From the NCBI GenBank assembly GCA_963795125.1, contig CAWCGQ010000001.1:407024-471023 (forward strand): a DNA stretch of 64,000 nucleotides, in the 5' to 3' direction. How positions within the stretch are numbered: the stretch's first letter is position 1; each line of letters opens with the position of its first letter. Positions 1-8,574 of this stretch are shown here, piece after piece. The translations under genes were made by a program, and so were the position numbers. This DNA comes from an uncultured Acidimicrobiia bacterium (GTDB lineage: Bacteria; Acidobacteriota; Vicinamibacteria; Vicinamibacterales; UBA2999). The notes below the pieces were generated by a model. It saw nothing but the letters and a program-made list of their open reading frames with translations. It did no database searches and was not told where the DNA came from.

Positions 1-279
1 GCGGAACAACGTCGCCACCGAGCGCGCCTCGATCACCTTGCGTTCGTTGAAGTCGGTGACGCAGTGAAAGGCGAGCGCCCCGGCGACGCGCGTCACCGGA
101 TCGAAGTCCATCGACTTGATGTGGCCGTTGCGGCGCACCAGCTCCTCGACCTGCTGCGGGGTCAGCTGCATCGGCACGTTGGCCGGCGCCGCGGCGGCCG
201 AATAGGGGTTGGGGATGCCGCCCTTGAGAAACGCTTTGCCGCTGGCGTCGAACTCGACCGGAAGGTTCTTGAAACACAT
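1..279 (-). CDS. [NiFe]-hydrogenase large subunit, first 93 codons (gene continues beyond the left edge)
   Basis: My reverse-strand translation from ATG at 279-277: MCFKNLPVEFDASGKAFLKGGIPNPYSAAAAPANVPMQLTPQQVEELVRRNGHIKSMDFDPVTRVAGALAFHCVTDFNERKVIEARSVATLFR. The DPVTR..G...(25 aa)...LFR(G) layout is the N-terminal layout of hydrogenase large subunits. GAGG lies a few nt upstream. It is absent from the ORF track because the window edge truncates it. Confidence 0.8.
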   Translation of the reverse strand, partial: MCFKNLPVEFDASGKAFLKGGIPNPYSAAAAPANVPMQLTPQQVEELVRRNGHIKSMDFDPVTRVAGALAFHCVTDFNERKVIEARSVATLFR

Positions 280-290
280 GTGCCGCTACC

Positions 291-552
291 TCAGAGACGA
301 AAGACGCGTGCGGCCGCGCCAAGATGACCGTCGACCACCTGGAGCGCGCCGGCGAGCGTGCCCAAGGCGCCGTTGATGGTGGCGAGTTTCTCGCCGACCG
401 GAACGGTGTGCGCGGCGACCGCTTCGAGCCCGTCGGCAATCGCGGCGACGCTGCGGCTGGCGTCGACGCAGCGCCCACGCGACCATCGAAAGGTACCCGG
501 CGAGCGCCACGACCACGAGGAACACGGTAATCAGCGTCAGGGTCAGCAGCAT
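291..552 (-). CDS. small single-pass membrane protein, paralog 5 of 5 between the hydrogenase S and L genes; one extra base near 466-470 as assembled
   Basis: N-terminus MLLTLTLITVFLVVVALAGYLSMVAWAL (TM helix) comes from the frame of ORF 286..753. Skipping one base near 468 gives VDASRSVAAIADGLEAVAAHTVPVGEKLATINGALGTLAGALQVVDGHLGAAARVFRL* (my translation). This parallels paralog 3 (LNDGLSQIAGGLGVVDGNLSQLAAAL). Its ATG overlaps the upstream stop (TGATG at 550-554). Confidence 0.6.
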
Positions 553-842
553 CACGCACGCTCCGCGCGGCGCGCCAGTGCGGCGGTCGCGCCGTTCAGT
601 TTCTGTTCGATCGCCGAGGCGGTGGTCAGGATGTCGACGGCGGTGGCAATGGTCGTGTCGAGCGCCGGGATGAGCGCGGTATTGCCGGCAATGCCAGCGG
701 CGGCCGTCAGCGCATCGCGCGCGTAGAGTTGAATCGCACGAGCGGCGCGCCACAGGCGATGCAATAGCGCCACCGAAAGCGGCACGAACACCAGCAGCGT
801 CACGGCCAGTCCCGCCGCCCAGATCAATTCAACGGTGGTCAT
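552..842 (-). CDS. small single-pass membrane protein, paralog 4 of 5
   Basis: ORF 552..842 (96 aa) has the N-terminal TM helix LIWAAGLAVTLLVFVPLSVALL, then a helical tail. Its AVDILTTASAIEQK matches AGDILETVQAIEQK of paralog 1. ATGA stop/start overlap at 839-842. Confidence 0.7.
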   Translation of the reverse strand: MTTVELIWAAGLAVTLLVFVPLSVALLHRLWRAARAIQLYARDALTAAAGIAGNTALIPALDTTIATAVDILTTASAIEQKLNGATAALARRAERA

Positions 843-1138
843 CGTCCCTCCTGCCGCTGCAGCGCCGCCGCGAGTTGAGAAAGATTGCCGTCGACCACGC
901 CCAGCCCGCCCGCTATTTGGGAGAGGCCGTCGTTCAGCCGCGGAACCTCATTGGGGATATAGGCGGTCTCGGCCTCAATCGCGCGCAGGCCCAGGCGAAT
1001 CTTGGCGAGGAAACTGGTCGGCGAGCCGCCGGCCGGTTCCAACTGCGCGAGGATCAGATGGAGGAAGATCGCCAGCGCAATGAACAGCGCCGACGCGGCG
1101 AGCACCGACGCAAGCGTCAACCAGGCAAGGGTCGTCAT
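839..1138 (-). CDS. small single-pass membrane protein, paralog 3 of 5
   Basis: From ORF 839..1171, using the internal ATG at 1138: MTTLAWLTLASVLAASALFIALAIFLHLILAQLEP.... That ATG overlaps the upstream stop as TGATG (1136-1140). The tail resembles paralog 5. Confidence 0.65.
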   Translation of the reverse strand: MTTLAWLTLASVLAASALFIALAIFLHLILAQLEPAGGSPTSFLAKIRLGLRAIEAETAYIPNEVPRLNDGLSQIAGGLGVVDGNLSQLAAALQRQEGR

Positions 1139-1464
1139 CACCGTCCTCCTGTGGCGTGTCCGATGACGCACCTGGGGCAGCCCGGACAGCCATTCGCGTG
1201 CGTGGCAATCGCGCCGGTCGCCGCGGCGACGCCGCCGGCAGATGTCAGGATTCGAGCCGCGACGTGATTGGTGTGATGCAGCAGCGACAGTTGAATGGTG
1301 TTGTTCGCCACCTTCTGGCCCGCCGTCCAGATCGCCGACACGCCGTCGTGAATCTGCGTCGAGGTCCGCAGGATCAACGTCAGCAGCGTGGCGACGACCA
1401 GCAGCACCACGACGAAGATGCCGAGCGACAGCAGCCAGATTTGGACGATGGTGTCCTCGGTCAT
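1138..1464 (-). CDS. small single-pass membrane protein, paralog 2 of 5, with C-terminal CPGCPRC motif
   Basis: ORF 1138..1464 (108 aa) has the TM helix IWLLSLGIFVVVLLVVATLLTLIL. It ends ...ATHANGCPGCPRCVIGHATGGR. ATGA overlap with the upstream gene at 1461-1464. Confidence 0.7.
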   Translation of the reverse strand: MTEDTIVQIWLLSLGIFVVVLLVVATLLTLILRTSTQIHDGVSAIWTAGQKVANNTIQLSLLHHTNHVAARILTSAGGVAAATGAIATHANGCPGCPRCVIGHATGGR

Positions 1465-1755
1465 CGCTTCAGCTCCTGCGCGGCGAGCGCGCCCGCGAGC
1501 AGGCCGCCCTTCTGTTCAATCGCCTGCACGGTCTCGAGGATGTCGCCGGCCACCTGATTGGTGTCCTGGAGGCCCCAGATCGGCTGGGTCTGTGTGCGAA
1601 TGGTCTCGACGGCGTGCAACGCGCGGACGGCATCGCCCAGGATCTGTTTTCGCCGTAAGCCAGATCGTGATCAGCAATCCCGCGGCGATCAGGATGACGA
1701 GCGTGGCCACGCCGATCCACAACCGCCACGCCGCCCAGAGATCCGCGTCGCTCAT
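1461..1755 (-). CDS. small single-pass membrane protein, paralog 1 of 5; one extra base in the T4/A4 run at 1647-1650 as assembled
   Basis: MSDADLWAAWRLWIGVATLVILIAAGLLITIWLTAK comes from ORF 1516..1833, internal ATG at 1755. Removing one A of AAAA gives QILGDAVRALHAVETIRTQTQPIWGLQDTNQVAGDILETVQAIEQKGGLLAGALAAQELKR* (my translation). ATGA overlap with the small-subunit stop at 1752-1755. Confidence 0.6.
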
Positions 1756-3066
1756 GATCGGCCTCCATCCTTCGTGACTGAATCGTCGAGGTAATCGCCC
1801 TTGGTCCCCGGACGGTCGGCGCCCCACAGCCACTCTTCCTCACCCGCGCGGCGCCCGGCCTTGCGCGAGCTCATGTGCTGCCACCGCTCGTAGAAAAAAT
1901 GAATCGTCTTGTCGATCGCCGTGGCCGGCTTGACGTGACCCCAGCCGCTCGGCACCTCGCCGAGGCGGTCCCAGCGGACTTCGCGGTTGCTCTCGCGATT
2001 GCTCAGGCGCCGCAGCCGCCGCACCACCGCCCCCACACTGCGCGACGCCAGCGTCGACACCGCCGCGCCCGGAGGGGTCTTGTAGAACGGCGTGAACTTG
2101 TCGGGAAAGCCCGGCATGGTGCAGCCGATGCACACCCCGCCGGCCTTCATGCAGCCGCCCATGTGATTGATGGCGCCGCGCTCGACGATGTTGCAGTTGA
2201 CGACCGGACCCCAGCAGCCGATCTCGACCAGGCACTCCGGGTCGCCGTACTCTTCGGCGAAGGTGCCTTCCTCGTAGTAGCCCGCGCGCGTGCACCCCTG
2301 GTGGACCGTCTTGCCGAACAGCCACGCCGGCCGGCCGAGCTCGTCGAACGCCGGCAGCGGGCCCAGGCCCTGCAGGAACAGCAGGATCGCGAACACCGTC
2401 TCGGTGAAGTTGTCGCCCACCGGCGCGCAGCCGGGGATGTTGATCACCGGCAGGCCGAACGCGCTGCGATAGTCCTTGCCAAGGGCGTCCATCACGCTCA
2501 TCGAGCCGGTGGGGTTGCCCTCGGCGGCCGGAACCCCGCCCCAGGTCGCGCAGGTGCCGATGGCAATGGTCGCCGCCGCGCCCGGCGCCATCGCCTTCAA
2601 CCAGGTCGCGGTCGGCTCGGGATGATGCTCGTAGTACGGTCCCGCGTCGTCCGGCACCGCCTCCACGCCCATGGCGGAAAAATACCCGCCGGTGCGCTGG
2701 GCGATCCGCTCGTCCGCCACGGAGCCTTCGAACACCAGCACGTACGGATCGGCGAGCTTGCCCTCCATGGCGTCGCGGAACGGCTGCACGAAGTCACGCG
2801 CCCGATTCGACGGCCAGGACCGGATGGTGCAGGACGACCTTGGGCATCGCCGGGACCACCCCAAGGAGCAGGCCCTCGATGCCTGGGTTGGTCGCGCCGG
2901 TCACGGCGATCGAACAGCCGTCGCAGCTCATGCCGGCGAGCCAGAAGACGTGGACGTTGCTGAGGGGACCGAGCGGGAGTCGTTCCTTCTTCTCCGCTTG
3001 TGTCACCGACGCTGGGATCGACGGCTGGCCGCCATGGACCTTGTCGCCACCAGGTGCTGCTGACAT
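1752..3066 (-). CDS. [NiFe]-hydrogenase small subunit, no twin-arginine signal; one extra base near 2801-2803 as assembled
   Basis: N-terminal part is in ORF 2794..3090 (VHVFWLAGMSCDGCSIAVTGATNPGIEGLL...HHPVLAVESG). The rest is in ORF 1752..2864 (GTCATWGG, PGCAPVGDN, HQGCTRAGYY, CLVEIGCWGPVVNCN, GGCMKAGGVCIGCTMPGFPD). These are the FeS-cluster Cys motifs of small subunits. ATG at 3066 follows GGAGAGGGG. No RRxF motif in the N-terminus. Confidence 0.9.
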
Positions 3067-3086
3067 CGTTGGGCCCCTCTCCGCAA

Positions 3087-4174
3087 TCAACAGATACGCG
3101 GTAACTGTTCACCGGCGAGCATCGGCACGATGCGACTGCCGCCGGCGACCGACTTCATGACCACCGTGCCGCGATGCTCGGCGACGACCTCGCCGATGAC
3201 CGCGGCGTCTCGGCCGAGCGGATGCGCGCGCATCGCCGCGCACCAGAGTCGTCGGCCTGCGCGGCGTCGACAATGGCGATCAACTTTCCCTCGTTGGCGA
3301 CGTAGAGCGGATCCAGGCCGAGAATTTCGCACGCCGCCTTCACCGAATCGCGAACCGGCAGGGCGCGCTCGTTCAGCTCGATGCCGACCTTCGACGCCGC
3401 CGCAATCTCGTTCAGCGCGCTCGACACACCGCCGCGGGTGGGATCGCGCATCGCGCGAATGCCGTCGCAACTCTGCAACATCAAGCCGGTCAGGCCGTTG
3501 AGCGCGGCGGTGTCGCTTTCAAGCGCGGTCTCGAATTCGAGGCCTTCGCGCACCGACATGATCGCCATGCCGTGGTCGCCGATGGTGCCGGATACGACAA
3601 TGCGGTCACCCGGACGCGCCGCCGCCACCGACAGCGCGACATCGTCCGCGATCAAACCAACGCCGGTTGTGGTGATGAAAATCTGATCGCCCTTGCCGCG
3701 ATCGACCACCTTGGTATCGCCCGCGACCACGGTGACGCCGGCTTCGTCCGCAGCCGCCTTCATCGACTCGGCGATGCGCCGCAGATCGTCGAGCGCCAGA
3801 CCTTCCTCGAGGATGAACGCCGCCGCGAGGAACATCGGCGTGGCGCCGCCGACGGCCAGATCGTTGACGGTGCCATGCACCGCAAGGCGGCCGATGTCGC
3901 CGCCCGGAAAAAAGATCGGCCGGACCACGAAACTGTCGGTGGTGATCGCCAGACGCGCGCGCCCGAGGCCGGGCAACGCGCACGACGCCTGATCTTCCAG
4001 CTGGTTGAGGACGTCGTTGCCGAGCGCCGGCAGGAACAGGCGCGACACCAGGTCCGCGCTCAGCCGCCCGCCGCTGCCGTGTCCGAGGAGGACGCGGTCA
4101 TAGCCGGCGAACGGCGCCGGGCAACTGCCGAGCAGTTCGCTGATGACGCCCTTGGCCACGGCCGACTCGCTCAT
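3087..4174 (-). CDS. hypE: hydrogenase maturation protein HypE; frame break near 3235-3250 (net +2/-1)
   Basis: MSESAVAKG...[31 protein letters not shown]...GDTKVV is in the frame of ORF 3155..5224. The C-terminus [19 protein letters not shown]...GEQLPRIC* is in ORF 3087..3470. ATGA overlap with the hypD stop at 4171-4174. Confidence 0.9.
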
Positions 4175-5283
4175 ACCGCCTCCGCGTGCGTCGTCTTGAG
4201 GCGGCCGTAGGCGAAGTAGGCGGCGCAGGCGCCTTCGGCGGAAACCATCGTCGCGCCCAACGGAGACTCGGGCGTACAGATCGTGCCGAACGCCGGGCAG
4301 TCGTGCGGCTTCTTCTGGCCGCGCAGGATCAACCCGCTGATGCAGATCGGTCGATTCGGCGGTGTCGATGGCGTGCACGTCGAAGCGCTTCTCGGCGTCG
4401 AAGGCGCGGTACTTGTCGCGCAGGCGCCACCCGCTTGCGGAATCGAGCCCGACGCCGCGCCACTTGCGATCGCATACCTCGAACACGTCGTCGATGAGCG
4501 CCACCGACGCGCGGTTGCCGCCGCGCGTCACGACGCGGCCGTATTGGTTTTCGAGCCGCGCCGCCCCGGTTTCGAGCTGCTCGACCGTGCGCAGGATGCC
4601 GTCGAGCATGTCCACCGGCTCGAAGCCGGTAATCACGATCGGCACCTGAAAGCGCTCGACCAGCGGCTCGTACTCTTCGAAGCCGACCACGGTGCACACG
4701 TGGCCGGGGCCGAGAAACGCCTGGACGCGATTGTCGGGCGCGTCGAGAATCGCGGCAATCGCCGGCGGCACCAGCACGTGCGAGACCAGCACGCTGAAAT
4801 TGGTGAGCCCGCGACGCGCTGCCAGGGAGACGGCCATCGCATTGGCCGGCGCCGTGGTTTCGAACCCGATGGCGAAGAACACCACCTCGCGCGCGGGGTT
4901 CGCGGCCGCGATCTGGACGGCGTCCAGCGGCGAATACACCACGCGAACGTCGGCGCCTTGCGACTTGAGCTGCAGCAGATCGCCGCGCGAGCCGGGCACG
5001 CGCAGCATGTCGCCGAACGAGCAGAAGGTCACCTCGGGGCGCGACGCGATCGCGTGGGCGCGATCGAGCACCTCGAGCGGCGTGACGCAGACCGGGCAGC
5101 CCGGGCCGTGCACCAGTTCGACTCCCGGGCGGCAGAATCTCGTCGATGCCGTATCTGACGATGGTGTGGGTCTGGCCGCCGCACACTTCCATGATCGTCC
5201 AGGGGCGGGTGACGCGGCCGGCAATCGCGCGCACCAGCTTGTTCGACGACGGCGCCGTCGCGGAATTCATCGAGGAACTTCAT
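4171..5283 (-). CDS. hypD: hydrogenase maturation protein HypD; three single-base frame breaks (about 5258, 5124, 4345)
   Basis: Four pieces: MKFLDEFRD (ORF 5029..5373 frame); [28 protein letters not shown] (ORF 4329..5270); [15 protein letters not shown]...[11 protein letters not shown]...ITGFEP (ORF 3155..5224). The fourth is my translation of the last stretch: [52 protein letters not shown]...*. Confidence 0.9.
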
Positions 5284-5518
5284 CGAGCTCCCCGAGTTGG
5301 TCCATGCCTTCGAGGAACGCGAATACGCGATGGGCCTCGACCTCGTCGATTTGCGCCAGCGCGAAACCGACATGGACGAGCACGTAGTCGCCGGGCTTCG
5401 CTTCGCGCACGTGGTCCATGCAGACGCGCTTGGACACCCCGCCGAAGTCGACCTTGCCCATCAGAATGCCGTGTTCGAGAAAGGTCTCGACGACTCGTCC
5501 CGGTATTCCCAAGCACAT
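5267..5518 (-). CDS. hypC: hydrogenase maturation chaperone HypC
   Basis: ORF 5267..5524. The canonical start is MCLGIPGRVV (Cys2) at 5518. The gene is small (83 aa) and sits directly between hypF and hypD. Confidence 0.9.
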   Translation of the reverse strand: MCLGIPGRVVETFLEHGILMGKVDFGGVSKRVCMDHVREAKPGDYVLVHVGFALAQIDEVEAHRVFAFLEGMDQLGELDEVPR

Positions 5519-5520
5519 CG

Positions 5521-7800
5521 TCAACGCCCCTTTACGCCAGTGAACCGCGCCGCGGCTACCGCTACCTGCCCGAGAGACAGACCGCCATCGCCGGGCGGCA
5601 TTTCCTGATGACGATACACCCTGAAACCCTCGGATACGAGTTGAGTTTCAACCTCGACCGTGAGGATGCCGTTGGCGAACACCCCACCCGATAAGGCGAT
5701 GTCTGCAATTCCCGTGCGGTCGCGCAGCGACCGCGCCACCGCCACCGCCGCCTGCGCCAGGGTGGTGTGGAAACGGCGGGCGATGACGGAGGGAGTAACG
5801 GCGTTGGTAACGTCCGTGTGCAGGGCGCGGACGAGCGGCCGCGTGTCGACGATGAGCGGCCACTCCAGGTCGTTCTCGACGCCGACCTGGTAGACCACAT
5901 CGTCGTCCGATTGCTCGGCGAGGGCTTCGAGCCACATCGCCGCCTGCCCTTCGAAGGTCATGACCGGCGCGGCGCCGCAGAGCGACGCGACGGCGTCGAA
6001 CAATCGTCCGACGCTCGAGGTCATCGGCGCGTTCAGACGCTGTTCGATCATCTGCCGCACCACGCCGCGCATCGATCGATCGAGTCCGGCGAGCGCGCGA
6101 TTGTCGTCGATGCCCGCATCGCGCAGATGGGAAAACGCCATCCGCCACGGCTCGCGTGCCGCCCGGTCGCCGCCTGGTTGGGCGACGTAGCGGAAGTGTG
6201 CCGCCCGCTCGAACCCCGCCCGATCGGCGATGAGGAATTCGCCGCCCCATACACAGCCGTCCGGCCCCCAGCCGGCGCCGTCCCACGCGAGCCCGATCAC
6301 CGGACCTTCGAGGCCATGCTCGGCCATGCACGACGCGACGTGGGCGTGATGGTGCTGGACGCCGATGATGTCAACGCCGGGGCGATCCAGCGCGAAGCGC
6401 GTCGACGCGTAGTCCGGGTGCAGGTCGTGCGCGACGATCGCCGGGGTCAGGTCGAACAGCTGCTCGTAGAGCGCGACGTCGCGCTCGAAGGCGTCGAATG
6501 CCGTCAGGTCGTCGAGGTCGCCGGCGTGGTGGCTGACGATGGCGGTGTGTCCGTGGGCCAGCGCGAAGGTGTTCTTCAGCTGGCCGCCGACCGCGAGGAT
6601 GGGTAGCGGGCAGTCAAACGACAGCGCGGTCGGGGCCGGCGCCCAGCCACGCGATCGCCGGATCACGATCGGCCGGCCGCCGGCGCGACGCACGACCGAG
6701 TCCTCGCAGCGAACGCGTATCTCGCGGTCGTGGAGTAGCCAGAGATCGGCAATGCCGCGCAGCCGAGCGATTGCCTCGGCGTTGTCGACGGCGATGGGCT
6801 CGTCGGATCGGTTGCCGCTCGTCATCACCAGGGGTCGCCCGCCTACCGCGCGCATCAGCAAATGATGCAGCGGGGTGTAGGGCAGCATGACGCCGAGCCG
6901 CGTGTGCTCGGGCGCCACCGCCGACGCGATTACCGCGGCCGCGTGGGCCCGCTGCTTCAGCAGGACAATCGGCCGGGCGCTCGATCCGAGCAGCGCGGCT
7001 TCCTCCTCTGAGAGCTCACAGAGCCGGTCGGCGTCCGCGCCGTCAGTCACCATGACGGCGAATGGCTTGTCGTCGCGATGCTTGCGCGATCGCAGGGCCG
7101 CGATTGCCTCGCTGTTGCCCGCATCGCAGGCGAGGTGGAAGCCGCCGAGCCCCTTGATGGCCACGATCTGCCCGGCGGAGAGGGCAGCGGCAGCGGCCGC
7201 GATCGGGTCGTCCACACCGCGGCCGTCAGCGTCGATCGCCTGGAGCGATGGACCACAAGCTGGGCAGGCAATCGGCTCGGCGTGAAACCGGCGGTTGCCT
7301 GGCGATTCGTATTCCGTCCGGCAATTCGCGCACATCTCGAACCGCGCCATCGTCGTTTGCGCGCGATCGTAGGGACTGCCGGTGATGATGGTCAGGCGCG
7401 GCCCGCAGGCGGTGCAGTTGATGAACGGATAGCGATATCGCCGGTCTGACGGATCGCCGAGTTCGTCGAGGCAGGCGTCGCAGGTCGCCGCGTCGGGCGG
7501 CACGAGCACCGCCGAGCCCGCCGCCGCGCCGCTGTCGGCAATCTGAAAGTGGGTGTCGCCGCGGATCTGCAGTTGCCGCGTGGCAATCGAGTGGATGCGC
7601 GCCAGTGGCGGCGCGCCGGCAATCAACTCGCGTTCGAACTCGGCCAGCGCGGACGGGTCGCCTTCCACTTCCACCGCCACCAGTCCGCCGTGATTGGCCA
7701 CGAAGCCGCGCAGAGCGAGCCGGGTGGCGACGCCATGAACGAACGGACGGAAGCCGACACCCTGCACCACGCCGCGGATGTCGAAGGCCCGGCGTTGCAT
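5521..7800 (-). CDS. hypF: carbamoyltransferase HypF
   Basis: ORF 5521..7893. Acylphosphatase-like N-terminus (FDIRGVVQGVGFRPFV), two Zn-finger motifs (CDACLDEL...YPFINCTACGPR; CANC...CPACGP), and YrdC and Kae1-like regions. The likely start is ATG at 7800, 3 nt after the permease stop. Confidence 0.9.
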   Translation of the reverse strand: MQRRAFDIRGVVQGVGFRPFVHGVATRLALRGFVANHGGLVAVEVEGDPSALAEFERELIAGAPPLARIHSIATRQLQIRGDTHFQIADSGAAAGSAVLVPPDAATCDACLDELGDPSDRRYRYPFINCTACGPRLTIITGSPYDRAQTTMARFEMCANCRTEYESPGNRRFHAEPIACPACGPSLQAIDADGRGVDDPIAAAAAALSAGQIVAIKGLGGFHLACDAGNSEAIAALRSRKHRDDKPFAVMVTDGADADRLCELSEEEAALLGSSARPIVLLKQRAHAAAVIASAVAPEHTRLGVMLPYTPLHHLLMRAVGGRPLVMTSGNRSDEPIAVDNAEAIARLRGIADLWLLHDREIRVRCEDSVVRRAGGRPIVIRRSRGWAPAPTALSFDCPLPILAVGGQLKNTFALAHGHTAIVSHHAGDLDDLTAFDAFERDVALYEQLFDLTPAIVAHDLHPDYASTRFALDRPGVDIIGVQHHHAHVASCMAEHGLEGPVIGLAWDGAGWGPDGCVWGGEFLIADRAGFERAAHFRYVAQPGGDRAAREPWRMAFSHLRDAGIDDNRALAGLDRSMRGVVRQMIEQRLNAPMTSSVGRLFDAVASLCGAAPVMTFEGQAAMWLEALAEQSDDDVVYQVGVENDLEWPLIVDTRPLVRALHTDVTNAVTPSVIARRFHTTLAQAAVAVARSLRDRTGIADIALSGGVFANGILTVEVETQLVSEGFRVYRHQEMPPGDGGLSLGQVAVAAARFTGVKGR

Positions 7801-7802
7801 CG

Positions 7803-8570
7803 TCAGCGCCGCCGCGTCGCGCCCTCGGCGACCAGGTTGCAGCCGAGCACGGTGAGGGTGATCGCCAGGCCTGGGAAGAGCGACATCCACCACGCCTCAC
7901 GCATGAACCGCAAGGCGCCGCCGAGCAGCGTCCCCCAGCTCATCACCGCCGAATCGCCGAGCCCCAGCAGGCTCAGCCCCGATTCAATCAGAATCGCGCC
8001 GCCGGCGTGATACGAAATCTGCGCGCCCATCACCGCCACCGATGCCGGGAGTACGTGCCGCCAGAGAATGGCCAGGTCGCCCGCGCCGGCGGCGCGCGAC
8101 GCCAGCACGAAATCGCGCTGCAGCGTGCCAAGGGCCTGCGCCCGGAACAACCGCGCGGTGATCGGCCACTCGGTAAGCCCGATGGCGAGGATGATCAATG
8201 CGAACGAGTGGCCGAACAGGCTGACGATGGTGACTACCAGGAGAAAGCGCGGCAGGGCCTGGAAAAAGTCGGTGGCCCGCATCAGCAGCTGATCGATCGC
8301 TCCGCCGCGAACCGCCGCGAGCCCGCCGACCAGCAGGCCCAGGCCCGCTGCGATCGCGGCCGCCGAGGCACCGGCGTAGAGCGAGGTGCGCGCGCCGTGC
8401 ACGACGCCGCTGAACACATCTCGTCCGAGGTCGTCGGTGCCAAACGGGTAGTCCCAGCCAGGCGGGAGCAGCGGTGGCGCTTGCGTCGAGAACGGGCTTC
8501 CCGGCGCCAGCCAGGACGCGCCGGCGGCGAGCGCGGCGAGCAGGACGAGGATGGCGACGCCTGGCTTCAT
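7803..8570 (-). CDS. ABC transporter permease, peptide/nickel (DppC/NikC-like) family
   Basis: ORF 7803..8570 (255 aa). It contains PFGTDDLGRDVFS and a binding-protein-dependent transport signature region (LASRAAGAGDLAILWRHVLP). Confidence 0.85.
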   Translation of the reverse strand: MKPGVAILVLLAALAAGASWLAPGSPFSTQAPPLLPPGWDYPFGTDDLGRDVFSGVVHGARTSLYAGASAAAIAAGLGLLVGGLAAVRGGAIDQLLMRATDFFQALPRFLLVVTIVSLFGHSFALIILAIGLTEWPITARLFRAQALGTLQRDFVLASRAAGAGDLAILWRHVLPASVAVMGAQISYHAGGAILIESGLSLLGLGDSAVMSWGTLLGGALRFMREAWWMSLFPGLAITLTVLGCNLVAEGATRRR

Positions 8571-8574
8571 GGCG

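Noticed and set aside
1875-2963. 362-aa plus-strand ORF across the hydrogenase small-subunit region. Similar long antisense ORFs occur at 15880-17226, 23854-26049, 36630-38045, 49273-50742, 58940-59977, 60399-61589 and 19809-20987.
   Set aside because: These are Arg/Ala/Pro/Gly/His-rich shadow ORFs, typical of very GC-rich DNA. Each lies opposite a gene with clear conserved motifs, and none has a recognisable motif of its own.
3155-5224. 689-aa ORF that looks like a HypD-HypE fusion protein
   Set aside because: The HypD C-terminus ([28 protein letters not shown]...) is in another frame and ends in a TGA that overlaps the HypE ATG (ATGA at 4171-4174). The apparent fusion is read-through of an out-of-frame stretch created by a frame break.
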